64,000 nt of DNA from a virus. Under the pieces are notes generated by a model. It was given only the letters and a program-made list of their open reading frames with translations, had not been told where the DNA came from and ran no database searches. Below are positions 40,001 to 47,706 of the stretch, in pieces (within the stretch, counting starts at the first letter, position 1; the number at the start of each line of letters is the position of its first letter). The DNA is taken from the IMG/VR virus record IMGVR_UViG_3300021376_000029, positions 1 to 64,000 of that record. One strand, written 5' to 3'. Position numbers and translations under genes: made by a program.

Positions 40001-41539
40001 TGATTTATAAGATGATTGTTTAGATTCTGATAAACCTTTAAATGCAAATAGATTGCCAGAACCCGAATATTTTCCGTAAATAAATCTTTCTGTTTTAGAT
40101 CCATTGATATTCAGAGAACCAAAAGCATAATTAGTTTGAGAAGAAGTTACGTCACCGTAATTAATATCGCCAACATTAGTTTGAGTTACAGTACCATAAT
40201 CTTGTGTGGTTGTGGTTGATCCTAATGATCCATAATTAGTTTCACTGTAAACACTTACAGAAGATGTATTATAGTCAAAGGTTACATTCTCAGTTGATCC
40301 TGTAAATGAATACAGTGAACCAAATCCATTATATGGTGCTTTGCTAAATTTATTTTGTACTGTTCCAGAAATTTTAAATAAATCAGTGCTTGTGATTTTA
40401 TAAATCTGTGGCGTTGGTTCTTGCAATGCAGTAACTGCAGAACCAGAAAGTGATATTGATCCTTGTGATTGATGACCAAAAGATCTCAGGAGATTACTAA
40501 ATCCTCCTTGTGAAACAAGAGTTCCATATGGATATATTGTTTGAGTATTAAATGTATATCCATATATTATTGATCCTCCAGAATTAATAATATATCCATA
40601 ATCAATAGTAGAACCTGAGGTAGTTATAGATCCTGAATCTAAAATATTGAAATATGAAATAGAAAATTCATTATAAGTAAATAACACATTTTCATTTGCT
40701 TTATCAGATATTCCAAAATTAATAAATCCATCATAAGTTTTTCTGACAAACGCTTCATTTGCAGAACCACGTACTCGTATATTATCCTTAGTTTTTACTA
40801 AGTAAATTTGTGGTGTTGGTTCGTTGAATATTACAGATGCTGAACCAGAAACACCAATAATGCCTGAAGATTGATGCCCAAATGCAAGAGTAAGATTTGA
40901 GAAATTACCATTAAACGAGAACAGTCCATAAGGATATGTAATGTCGGTTATTACAATAGATCCTTGATCTATTTCGCCAGATGTAACTTCTGTAATTTGT
41001 CCATAATTACTAGAAGTATTGTTTGTAGAGGAAACACTTCCATAGTCACCCGAAGAAAATACAGCAATTGCTGAGTTGTTATATTGATAAACCGCTGACG
41101 ATGCAGCACTTCCTGATACTCGGAGCGGTCCTGAGGATCCAACCCAAGGTGCAACAATTCTTTCTTGACCCCCAGCAATTTCAAACAGACTACCTGAACC
41201 AACCCAAGCAGATCTTAGTTTTACTTTATAAGTACCGTCAAGTTTTATTTGAGGTTGAGCAGCAACAAATTTAACAGATGCAGAGACTTTTGTTGCATTT
41301 GAAATATTTAAACCACCGAAAGGATATGTAGTTTCGGTAAATACTATAAATCCATAACTTGGCTCAATAGCGTAATCACTAACAATATAATCATTTGTTA
41401 CGATAAAATCTGCAGAGGGTTCTAACTCACTATAAACTGTACCATCATCCACTAATGATGTTGGAGTATCACCTATACTTCCTAAATCTTGAGTGGTATA
41501 ATAGTTTATAGAGGTTGAGTTGTATTGGAATGTGTTCAT
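34013..41539 (-). CDS. Giant repeat-containing structural protein (2508 aa)
   Basis: Continuous ORF of DYG / GSGSLF repeats within the virion module. Confidence 0.85.
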   Translation of the reverse strand: MNTFQYNSTSINYYTTQDLGSIGDTPTSLVDDGTVYSELEPSADFIVTNDYIVSDYAIEPSYGFIVFTETTYPFGGLNISNATKVSASVKFVAAQPQIKLDGTYKVKLRSAWVGSGSLFEIAGGQERIVAPWVGSSGPLRVSGSAASSAVYQYNNSAIAVFSSGDYGSVSSTNNTSSNYGQITEVTSGEIDQGSIVITDITYPYGLFSFNGNFSNLTLAFGHQSSGIIGVSGSASVIFNEPTPQIYLVKTKDNIRVRGSANEAFVRKTYDGFINFGISDKANENVLFTYNEFSISYFNILDSGSITTSGSTIDYGYIINSGGSIIYGYTFNTQTIYPYGTLVSQGGFSNLLRSFGHQSQGSISLSGSAVTALQEPTPQIYKITSTDLFKISGTVQNKFSKAPYNGFGSLYSFTGSTENVTFDYNTSSVSVYSETNYGSLGSTTTTQDYGTVTQTNVGDINYGDVTSSQTNYAFGSLNINGSKTERFIYGKYSGSGNLFAFKGLSESKQSSYKSTYLFELRGTGHNSFTRPFIGFGSLFHVGDRIERATYAYNSSAIVEYSESDYGLVTTSGSTIDHGLINQVVNQGEINYGFINTGLTEYATNPLFTFTGNATVQYKPIFAQTGSGGFKVHHQPSPTDTRFIPWWRGYGEFIVSNRIIPDAFSRPYIGKGRLFSIGDKVESVTYDYNSTSIEYFNTENYGTITTSGTSVDLGHVNEDNTAVIDYSSIVNLDIVYPLNVLYNFSGEGIGQFIRGPYRGRGGIQFAGYHSIRQSDAWRGNLNVRITGSADEKNTEKYVGSGSLFHIGDRVEKATFSYNSSSVSDYDASDYGLITASGTPVDLGQITQSASGGEINYGNVIDLNITYPFGLFKVSGNSDDRWIQVFTKVGSGSLFEFNGATEAFSAQIPENTLLYSISGGGAVESKNNSYVGFGSLFHVGDRIERATFSYNTSSIVVYEPEVDYGLVTTSGSTIDYGLINQVTDGGEIDYGSVTLHDYDYPVNVLFKFGSAAFTELKPSFNFKGKGIINIQSDRTFVRFRPHWRSVGGLFVDGSANQSESKSYVASGSLFHIGDKVEKRTFSYNSSSVSDYDELDYGLITASGTPIDLGQITQSTFGGEVNYGNVINLDITYPFGLFKVNGNSDDRWIQVFTKVGSGSLFEFNGLTESFSARIPENTFLYNVSGNAIESRNNSYVGFGSLFHIGDRVEKATFSYNSSSVSDYDELDYGLITASGLTNDYGLITKVSSGGEIDYGAIINLDITYPFGLFKVSGNSDDRWIQVFTKIGSGSLFEFTGATEAFSAQTPENTFLYNVSGNAIESRNNSYVGFGSLFEVGDKVERVTYNYNESSIVAYETEVDYGSVTTSGITIDLGYVNQIATDGEIDYGSVTLYDYDYPVNVLFKFTGAAEDQYKPAFAHKGSGRFTIASDRTFVRFRPHWRSVGGLFVDGTLSESRNNSYVASGSLFHIGDRVEKATFSYNSSSVSDYDSFDYGFVTTSGTIIDHGYVTQTATGGEVDLGNVIDLNITYPFGLFKVSGDSDDRWIQVFTKVGSGSLFEFNGLTESFSARIPENTLLYNVSGNANESRNKSYVASGSLFHIGDRIEKRTFSYNSSSVSEYDASDYGLITASGTIIDNGYVTQTATSGEIDYGAIINLDITYPFGLFKVNGNSDDRWIQVFTKVGSGSLFAIGNAAEAFSAQTPENTFLYNVSGNANESRNKSYVASGSLFHIGDRVERRTFSYNTSSEIDAVNEVDYGNLSNSTQNLDNGLITSNADGGEIDYGSVINTIGSEKPFGLFRISGIAVTPFERSYYGSGSLFAIGNAAEAFSAQTPENTFLYTFFGSAITPRTREFIGSGDAVKVTGNVIERHTESYVGYVSLVFEERFPAASEANTESYVGKGNIRLSTGRFPEFRNYRPTPRYVSAIHGNIGGTLNVSGDGITKPIRVYTKVGSGVEFISGYIIEKQTDSWYGTGKINVSGNGDTDRARAYSSTGRFSVLKGVAEAFSAQTPENTFLYTFSGSAVEKNTEKYRGSGSAFSFGTATETILISAAVSTALFKVSGAAIPVISLLHYGSGFLFNYGESTSKVVFNPVENTALYQISGSGTLKKSNKHDGSGQIDITGTLIEKNTENYLGTGNILTVGSSAAAVAFNPTENVQLFNVYGSAIESHTERYISTGSAQISGSAIEKNTENYVGTGNIFSFLQSESKVSFNPSEETILFRFTGSATEKNTENYIGTGSLFAFNETSESVVFAISANVQLFRFSGSAIEKNTENYVGTGNIFTVGEKIESRTVIEKASGNINLTGYIQEKYSKAPYQGSGSLFAFQGAAESKTSNPPEEAALFKFTGSAVEKNTENYKGSGNATISGNVAAKFTRSYVGKGNISFGTNTAVIAFVAQTPENTILFRFNGESKFKYISRYPGSGTEFISGIGIEKQTDSYRGKGSLFGIGNASINRLVVEETDTRTSLFRISGIERNSYSRISVTNKFNIEISGASKDIVILFSPARIFGSII
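36386..39151 (-). repeat. Intragenic tandem array of seven 393-399 bp units (A-B-A-A-B-A-A)
   Basis: Units start at 39151, 38755, 38356, 37963, 37570, 37171 and 36778; long identical DNA tracts. Confidence 0.9.
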
Positions 41540-41555
41540 CCAGACCCTCTACAAT

Positions 41556-41580
41556 AAAAAGGGGGATAAAAGAATCCCCC
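41556..41580 (-). terminator. Intrinsic terminator after the 392-aa structural gene
   Basis: GGGGGAT-loop-ATCCCCC followed by TTTTT on the minus strand. Confidence 0.85.
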
Positions 41581-41614
41581 AGAAAATCATAATGTAAAGT
41601 ATATAGTTAAAATA

Positions 41615-42793
41615 TCAGTCAAGGCTAACATTCAGAGTAATCTTAATTTGGTCACCCTGGTTTTGAATTGGGTATGGACCATTAGTGAATCTTTCAGCAA
41701 ACATGATGCTGCTGTAAAGAGTTGCAGCTCCAAGACCATCAAGTGCAGGAGTAAGATTGAACTCGTTTGCACTAGGGACTGAGAATACAGTATATGTTCC
41801 TGCAGTGGTTGTAGTATTACCAGCAGCACGAGCGATGTAAATAACATCACCAGCAACAAGACCATGTGCAGTTGCAGTTACTTTGGAGAACTCCAGAGTG
41901 ATGGATGAGTCAGTTGCAACCTGAACGTTATCAGTTAATGCATTACTAAGGTGAATAATTCTTTGCAGAAGATCAATACCGATGATCTTAGTTCCAGCTG
42001 GTACAGCGTTGTTGCCGCCAACTACTTGACCTACCGTAATGTCATCCATAATTGATGCTACGTTAGGCAGAGTAATGTAACTATTTCCGATAACGCCGAT
42101 ACAAGGATTAGTATTATCACCTTTATTCAGAACTGTTCCAGCAGCAATAGTTGCGCCACCCTCATAACCATGGAGTGCCACAGGCATATTGTTTGCTCTT
42201 ACCAGATAATAACCATAAACATTACCAGCAGCGCCTTGGAATGTGAAAGTTTGTTCTGGATAAGTAGCAGTAGTAACTCCACCAGCGAAGTTAATTACAC
42301 CACTTACTGCACCAGAATTTTTAACCGTAAGAATTATAGTATTACCAGAAACTCTTGATACTTTAGCGCCAGCTGCGATACCAGTACCAGTAACAGTGTT
42401 ACCAACACTGACAGTTCCTGAGAGACCTGATACTGTGATTTCGTATGAATCCTGTGCGCCACTTGAATTAGTTGTAGTAGCTACTGGATCTGAAGCAGTT
42501 GTGATCGCCCAACGCGAACCATTGAGCAGAATACCATATTGTCCAGCATAGTTCTGATCCGCACGATTATTGATAACTGATGGATAACCTGTATTTGGTG
42601 CAGTGCCATAAGTGTTTTGATTACCATCAGCATATGGCTCGTAATAAGCAGTTGCCGAAGGAACATCTGCTTCGTCTGGTGTGGTGTTTGACGTAAAAAG
42701 TTTCAGAATTAAATTTCTTGGGATATTATGAGTAGAATTCAACAGATAACGAAGTGATTCTACCTCACCAATATTAGGTACTAAAAGTGCCAT
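41615..42793 (-). CDS. Virion structural protein
   Basis: MALLVPNIGE...LKLF...YGYY...FAERF...GDQIKIT frame with inserted beta domains; GGAGG RBS. Confidence 0.8.
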   Translation of the reverse strand: MALLVPNIGEVESLRYLLNSTHNIPRNLILKLFTSNTTPDEADVPSATAYYEPYADGNQNTYGTAPNTGYPSVINNRADQNYAGQYGILLNGSRWAITTASDPVATTTNSSGAQDSYEITVSGLSGTVSVGNTVTGTGIAAGAKVSRVSGNTIILTVKNSGAVSGVINFAGGVTTATYPEQTFTFQGAAGNVYGYYLVRANNMPVALHGYEGGATIAAGTVLNKGDNTNPCIGVIGNSYITLPNVASIMDDITVGQVVGGNNAVPAGTKIIGIDLLQRIIHLSNALTDNVQVATDSSITLEFSKVTATAHGLVAGDVIYIARAAGNTTTTAGTYTVFSVPSANEFNLTPALDGLGAATLYSSIMFAERFTNGPYPIQNQGDQIKITLNVSLD

Positions 42794-42838
42794 TTAAATG
42801 TTCCTCCAGGGATTTCTGTTTTTTTAAATATCTAGTTA

Positions 42839-42846
42839 TATTTATA
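42839..42846 (-). promoter_or_regulatory. Late promoter TATAAATA
   Basis: Exact consensus upstream of 42793. Confidence 0.8.
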
Positions 42847-43546
42847 ATTTTACTTTCAAAGCAATAGAGAATTTATTGATGACAGTACTGGTATTTATAA
42901 CTTCATAGTTTAAAATATCACCAGCATTTAATGTTCTATTCCATCCCGTTAAAATATCATCAGTATTTTTATTCTGACTACTTAAAGTAGGTCTATTTGA
43001 TCCGCATATACTAACAAGATTAGGATAATCATTAAAAGAGCATTTTTTTATATCAACAACTAAATTTCCTATTTTATCCGCAACAATTAACCATGATTGA
43101 ATTGTACCAGTAACATCAATTGATAGAGATCCTTTGTCGCCAATAGTCATAGGCAAAGAACCATAATCAACAACAAAATTAATAGTTCGGGTTAAGTCTG
43201 CAGTGTTTGCCATACCAATACCAAAAAATTGTGTATTGCAAGGCGCTGTAGCAAAAGTAATAGTACTACCAGAAATAGAATATCCTACTCCTGGTTGTAA
43301 AATAACATTATTAACAGATATAATTAACTGTTGATCATTCAGGGGAAAATATGGAACTCCATTTACTTTTATGTCAAAAGTTTTTCGTACACAGTCAAAC
43401 TGAGCTGAAATATTATCTAAAAGTAAATTTTGATATTGAATGCCTTTTGATGGTGGTTCATAATTAAGTCCAACTTTATATAAATCGGGACTTGCTTGAA
43501 CTACATTATAATTTGTAGGGTTTAGCGTTACCTGATAATTTGACAC
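42842..43546 (-). CDS. Virion structural protein sharing a domain with gp7
   Basis: LDNISAQFD...LIISVNNVILQPG..Y.ISGSTITF..AP also recurs in gp7; GTG start. Confidence 0.75.
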   Translation of the reverse strand: MSNYQVTLNPTNYNVVQASPDLYKVGLNYEPPSKGIQYQNLLLDNISAQFDCVRKTFDIKVNGVPYFPLNDQQLIISVNNVILQPGVGYSISGSTITFATAPCNTQFFGIGMANTADLTRTINFVVDYGSLPMTIGDKGSLSIDVTGTIQSWLIVADKIGNLVVDIKKCSFNDYPNLVSICGSNRPTLSSQNKNTDDILTGWNRTLNAGDILNYEVINTSTVINKFSIALKVKL

Positions 43547-43878
43547 TATGTTACTCCTGGTGTTACAGTTGCAATTCCTTCAATTACTCTTGTTTTTACT
43601 CCACTAGGAGATGTCAAAATAATATCATAAACATATCTTTTAGGACTGAGCGTAGTGGTTACACTAGCAGGTAACGATAATGTAATAACTCCTTCTGGTC
43701 TGTTAGTGAATGAAACACTTAACGGAACTGAAGTAGAAGTATAATAACTCTTCTTCATTTTACTTTCAGCGGTAAAACCGAGAAGATTGAGATATGAATT
43801 ATCTGCAGTCTTAATCGTAAAGGTCGCTGAAAAATCAGACCCCTGCTCTATTACTATGTTAATCGTTATAGCAGACAT
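43546..43878 (-). CDS. Small virion structural protein
   Basis: NIVIEQGSDF...RYVYDI...RVIEG.ATVTPGVT. Confidence 0.8.
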   Translation of the reverse strand: MSAITINIVIEQGSDFSATFTIKTADNSYLNLLGFTAESKMKKSYYTSTSVPLSVSFTNRPEGVITLSLPASVTTTLSPKRYVYDIILTSPSGVKTRVIEGIATVTPGVT

Positions 43879-43883
43879 GTAAT

Positions 43884-43916
43884 AAAAAAACCTTCCTTGT
43901 TATTTATAAAGAAGGT
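43884..43916 (-). terminator. Terminator hairpin with a late promoter TATAAATA (43901-43908) largely in its loop
   Basis: ACCTTCTTT-ATAAATAAC-AAGGAAGGT followed by a T run. Confidence 0.7.
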
Positions 43917-43925
43917 CTGTATTTA

Positions 43926-44111
43926 TCACTCTTCTGGGGATTCTTCCTGAGGCGGTTCGCCATTCTCAAGAATAGTTAATGCTTCAAGTGCCCCTTTAAG
44001 TTTCAGTGCTAATTCACGTTTAGCATTGAGTTGAGATTCAAGATTTTTGATTTCATCAACCACTGTACTAAATTGATTAGTAAAATTTTCTTCAAGTTCT
44101 TTAGCGTTCAT
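43926..44111 (-). CDS. Small coiled-coil protein
   Basis: Heptad pattern, GGAG RBS, directly after the glycosyltransferase. Confidence 0.75.
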   Translation of the reverse strand: MNAKELEENFTNQFSTVVDEIKNLESQLNAKRELALKLKGALEALTILENGEPPQEESPEE

Positions 44112-44113
44112 TT

Positions 44114-45298
44114 TTAGTCTCCTAAATTAGTTAAATAACCAAGCATTTTGTTGGCAATTACATCCCAAGTATATCTGGGATCGCTTGCCATAGTAGAACA
44201 TGCTTTTGCTTTTTCAGCATAATACTTTTTATCTGAATATAATTTATTCAGTTTTTCAACAACACTATCAACAGATACATATGCTCTGTCAATACCATAG
44301 TTGACATCTTTACCCATGAAAATAATTTCAGCAAGTTCACCGCAATTAGCAAAAAGTTCAGCACTTGCTGCATAATCGGGAAGAACTTGTGGGCACCCAG
44401 TTGCTGCCATTTCAAATGGCACCAGACCCCATCCTTCACCCTCTGAAGTATTTACTCCAACATCACATGAATTATAAATGACGTTCAAGACTTGTGGAGT
44501 AATTGTATTTTTTTCTGGTGTCATTTCTAACCCAGAAAGATATAATTTTCCCTGAGGATCAAGACCATTCCTTTCCATCTCAACATTGAACAGTGGAATA
44601 ATATCCCATCCACAATCTTTAGTCCCCATATGGAGATATAACTTTGCATTTGGTTTGCCAACTGCAAACTTGGCAAATGCTATAATAGTCAAATCAATTC
44701 TTTTACGAGGTTGGTTTCTATTGCCATTAAAGACAATAAAATCATCCTTTTTCATTTGACCAATCAATTCTCTACATTCCTGTTTATTCTTTCTGAAAAA
44801 AATGTCAGTATCAACACCATGCTCTAGTGTTTCAATACGTCCAGTATATCCAGCATCTTTCATTACTTGTTTGCCGAAATCAGTATAAGTAATTGAAAGA
44901 TCAAAATCATTTAAGAATGAAACAACAGAAGGGAACCATCCTCCGCCATCAATAGGGAAGTACGCTACAAATTTAAAATCATCAGTCTCTTTATATTTTT
45001 TTAGAATATCCCAATAAAATTTAATAATCCAAACATCATTGAAAGCAACAATAATGTCAGGTTTAATTTCATTATAAAGTTCGTCAATATAATTGAAACC
45101 ATAGGGATCTTGGGAACCACCCTTCTTTGATGCTTGGTAAATCTTAAAGTCAAAGGTATGTACTTGCCCAAAATAGTTGATACCCATAACATGAGTATCA
45201 AATTCTTTATGAATCCTTGTCAGGATAGATTCAGAAACTCTACCAAATCCACTCGGAATAACACAATCACCAATCCACAATAATTTTTTCTTTCTCAT
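44114..45298 (-). CDS. Glycosyltransferase (GT-B fold, GT4-like)
   Basis: SGFGRV, HGVD, NRNQPRKRID, EGWGLVPFE (E-x7-E) motifs. Confidence 0.9.
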   Translation of the reverse strand: MRKKKLLWIGDCVIPSGFGRVSESILTRIHKEFDTHVMGINYFGQVHTFDFKIYQASKKGGSQDPYGFNYIDELYNEIKPDIIVAFNDVWIIKFYWDILKKYKETDDFKFVAYFPIDGGGWFPSVVSFLNDFDLSITYTDFGKQVMKDAGYTGRIETLEHGVDTDIFFRKNKQECRELIGQMKKDDFIVFNGNRNQPRKRIDLTIIAFAKFAVGKPNAKLYLHMGTKDCGWDIIPLFNVEMERNGLDPQGKLYLSGLEMTPEKNTITPQVLNVIYNSCDVGVNTSEGEGWGLVPFEMAATGCPQVLPDYAASAELFANCGELAEIIFMGKDVNYGIDRAYVSVDSVVEKLNKLYSDKKYYAEKAKACSTMASDPRYTWDVIANKMLGYLTNLGD

Positions 45299-45321
45299 AG
45301 AAATGACAATTTTTCATAAAC

Positions 45322-45350
45322 ATCATACTATAATTTATAAGGGTTGTCAA
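45322..45350 (-). promoter_or_regulatory. Sigma70-like promoter for the glycosyltransferase
   Basis: TTGACA (45345-45350), 17 bp, TATGAT (45322-45327). Confidence 0.8.
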
Positions 45351-45356
45351 GGACTA

Positions 45357-47510
45357 TTATGAAATGCTTCCTCCAATCGTACCATTAGCATTAAATACTG
45401 TGACAACAGCAGTTCCAGTATTTGCTGATAAAGTTACAGATGTTTGACTTGTGCCACCTGCATCACCTTTTGAAAGGTTTACTGCCGAAAACCCTGTAGT
45501 TGTTGTACTTGCAGTAATATTAATTTGCTTTGTTGAAGAATTAGTATTTCTTAAATAAATTTGAATCATTCTGCCTGCAGTAAGGTTACTAATATTAATA
45601 GTTCTTGTTGAACTGCTAGCACTTTGAACATATGCATAATATGACGTAGTTGCAGAATCTACAGTTGCATCTGCATCACTTGTTGAACTTGAGTTTCCGT
45701 AGGTTGCACCATTAACTACTGGAGCGGTTAACGTTTTAGTTGTCAGTGTTTGTGTATCATCAATTGTTACAATATCACCAGCAGTTGTTCCTCCAGGAGT
45801 TCTGCCAAGAACCGCAGTAGATGAAAGAACTGTAGTTCCAGCAATCTGATATGTCTTCCCTGTTGCAATATTTAAGTTTTCTGTTGATGACCAACGAGTT
45901 CCAGTGTTTGAATAAGTGAAAGTAATACCAGTTGTTCCGAGTGTAATACCAGCACCATCTACTGCTGCAGAAGTCGTTGCACCATCAGCAAGAACAATAT
46001 TAACATCATCAATGCTTAATACTGTTGAATTAATTGTTGTTGTAGATCCATTAACAACTAGATCTCCCGAAAGAGTTAATCCCGAAGCAACAATATCTCC
46101 AGATACTGTAATACCAGTAGAAGTAGTCTCTAGTTTTTTAGAATTATCATAATAAAGTTCTACAGAACCATCAGGTACTGCTTTCAGAAAATAATCACTA
46201 CTTGCATAAGATCTTAGTGCCAGTTGATCTCCATTCGTTTGAATATAAAGACCACCAGTTCCTTGATCGTTGATATAAGAAACTGATCCATCATGATATA
46301 GTGCTAAATCACTACCATCACCCAAAATAATACTATCATTATCACCAAAATAAGCATTGCTTGCAAAATTTACATTTTTATGGAAAATAACTTTTTCGGC
46401 AGTAACAGTAGTTTGTATACTTAAATAATCATTAGATCCTTCTTTAATTGTTAATGCAGGATTTAAATTATCCTTTACTGATATAGTAACACCTTGATTA
46501 GATAAATCAAGAGTTGAACCCTTTACCTTAAAAGAATTATTGATTATAGTGGTGCCAGTTCCTGTTGCCGCTCCGATTCTTACATCACCGTTGTTGATTA
46601 ACAGATCAAACGTATTTTCACTTGAAAGTATTTCACCACCATTAACGTTCAAGTCTCCCACAAGAATTGTGTCATTACTGTAAATTGTAAAGTTACTATT
46701 ACTTCCTGGAACACCACTTAAGGTTGTTCCCATATGAACATTAGAAGCGTTCCCAAAAGCATAAACCGTGGTGGGAACAGTGTTAAAAAGATCTTGTATT
46801 AACTGTGTTCCTTCTATAAAAGGATTTCTTAAAGTCAGTGTACCATTTGTTGCACCGATTCTAATACTAGTCGCTGCTCCAAATGCTTCAACTGTAGTTG
46901 CATAATCATCAAAGAAATCAACAGTTGTTACACCAGAACTTACTGAGATAGTTCCAGTATCGCTTGTTAAAGTTCCTGCAATTGTAGCATCCTCATCTAC
47001 TTGTAACGTATCAACTTGAGCAATCCCATCAATATAAATGTCTCTCCATTCTTGTGTTGAACTACCTAAATCATAGGTGTCATCTAAATTTGGGAGAGCG
47101 TTTGAATTTAAATCAGCATTAAAAACAATATTATCAGTATTTAAATCCCCAAAGATAATACTACCAGCACTGCTATTACCAGCTCTAAATGTAATATCTC
47201 CTTCTACTGTAAGACCACTGGCAACATAGAGACTTTTGCTAACACCAAGAGTATTTGAATCTACTTTATAAAGACCTAAATCAGTTGTACTATCAAAAGA
47301 TAAACTCGGTGCATTTAATGTGCCGTCTTCAAGTTGAATGGTTTGTCCTGAAAGAGTTACAAAACCAGCAACTACCTGATTAATTGAAGTAGATAATACT
47401 TTTGATGGTGTTACTAAAAGTGCAGCATCGCCTATATCAGTGCCGATGAGGTTAATCATCTGACGCTGTTGTTCAAAAGTATTGCTTATTAAAACTTCTC
47501 TAATTGCCAT
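45357..47510 (-). CDS. Tail fibre-like protein
   Basis: TFEQQRQMIN start, GTxxAPSLSF, LGSSTQEWRDIY, LGDGSDLALYHDG, GDLVVNGSTTTINS fibre motifs; Ser/Thr-rich. Confidence 0.85.
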   Translation of the reverse strand: MAIREVLISNTFEQQRQMINLIGTDIGDAALLVTPSKVLSTSINQVVAGFVTLSGQTIQLEDGTLNAPSLSFDSTTDLGLYKVDSNTLGVSKSLYVASGLTVEGDITFRAGNSSAGSIIFGDLNTDNIVFNADLNSNALPNLDDTYDLGSSTQEWRDIYIDGIAQVDTLQVDEDATIAGTLTSDTGTISVSSGVTTVDFFDDYATTVEAFGAATSIRIGATNGTLTLRNPFIEGTQLIQDLFNTVPTTVYAFGNASNVHMGTTLSGVPGSNSNFTIYSNDTILVGDLNVNGGEILSSENTFDLLINNGDVRIGAATGTGTTIINNSFKVKGSTLDLSNQGVTISVKDNLNPALTIKEGSNDYLSIQTTVTAEKVIFHKNVNFASNAYFGDNDSIILGDGSDLALYHDGSVSYINDQGTGGLYIQTNGDQLALRSYASSDYFLKAVPDGSVELYYDNSKKLETTSTGITVSGDIVASGLTLSGDLVVNGSTTTINSTVLSIDDVNIVLADGATTSAAVDGAGITLGTTGITFTYSNTGTRWSSTENLNIATGKTYQIAGTTVLSSTAVLGRTPGGTTAGDIVTIDDTQTLTTKTLTAPVVNGATYGNSSSTSDADATVDSATTSYYAYVQSASSSTRTINISNLTAGRMIQIYLRNTNSSTKQINITASTTTTGFSAVNLSKGDAGGTSQTSVTLSANTGTAVVTVFNANGTIGGSIS

Positions 47511-47706
47511 TTGTAAGTTTCTTTAATAGTTGCTTGATTTCATCAAGTTCTTGCTTCAAAGTATTTATCTCATTATTCATATTGTCGCGGTTTGCTTTTG
47601 CTTTCATATAATGTTCATACTCATCACGATTAGAGTTGATCACAGCACCACTATTTGTATCTCTATAAAGATTGCTGTGACCCTCTACTTTAAGTTTATC
47701 TATCAT
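47500..47706 (-). CDS. Small conserved protein with coiled coil
   Basis: KVEGHxNLYRD..SGAVIN; overlaps both neighbours. Confidence 0.8.
   Translation of the reverse strand: MIDKLKVEGHSNLYRDTNSGAVINSNRDEYEHYMKAKANRDNMNNEINTLKQELDEIKQLLKKLTNGN

Noticed and set aside
34018-41274. Many alternative-frame ORFs with repeated sequences inside the 2508-aa gene
   Set aside because: They are shadows of the DNA repeats in a shifted frame, with no evidence of independent expression.
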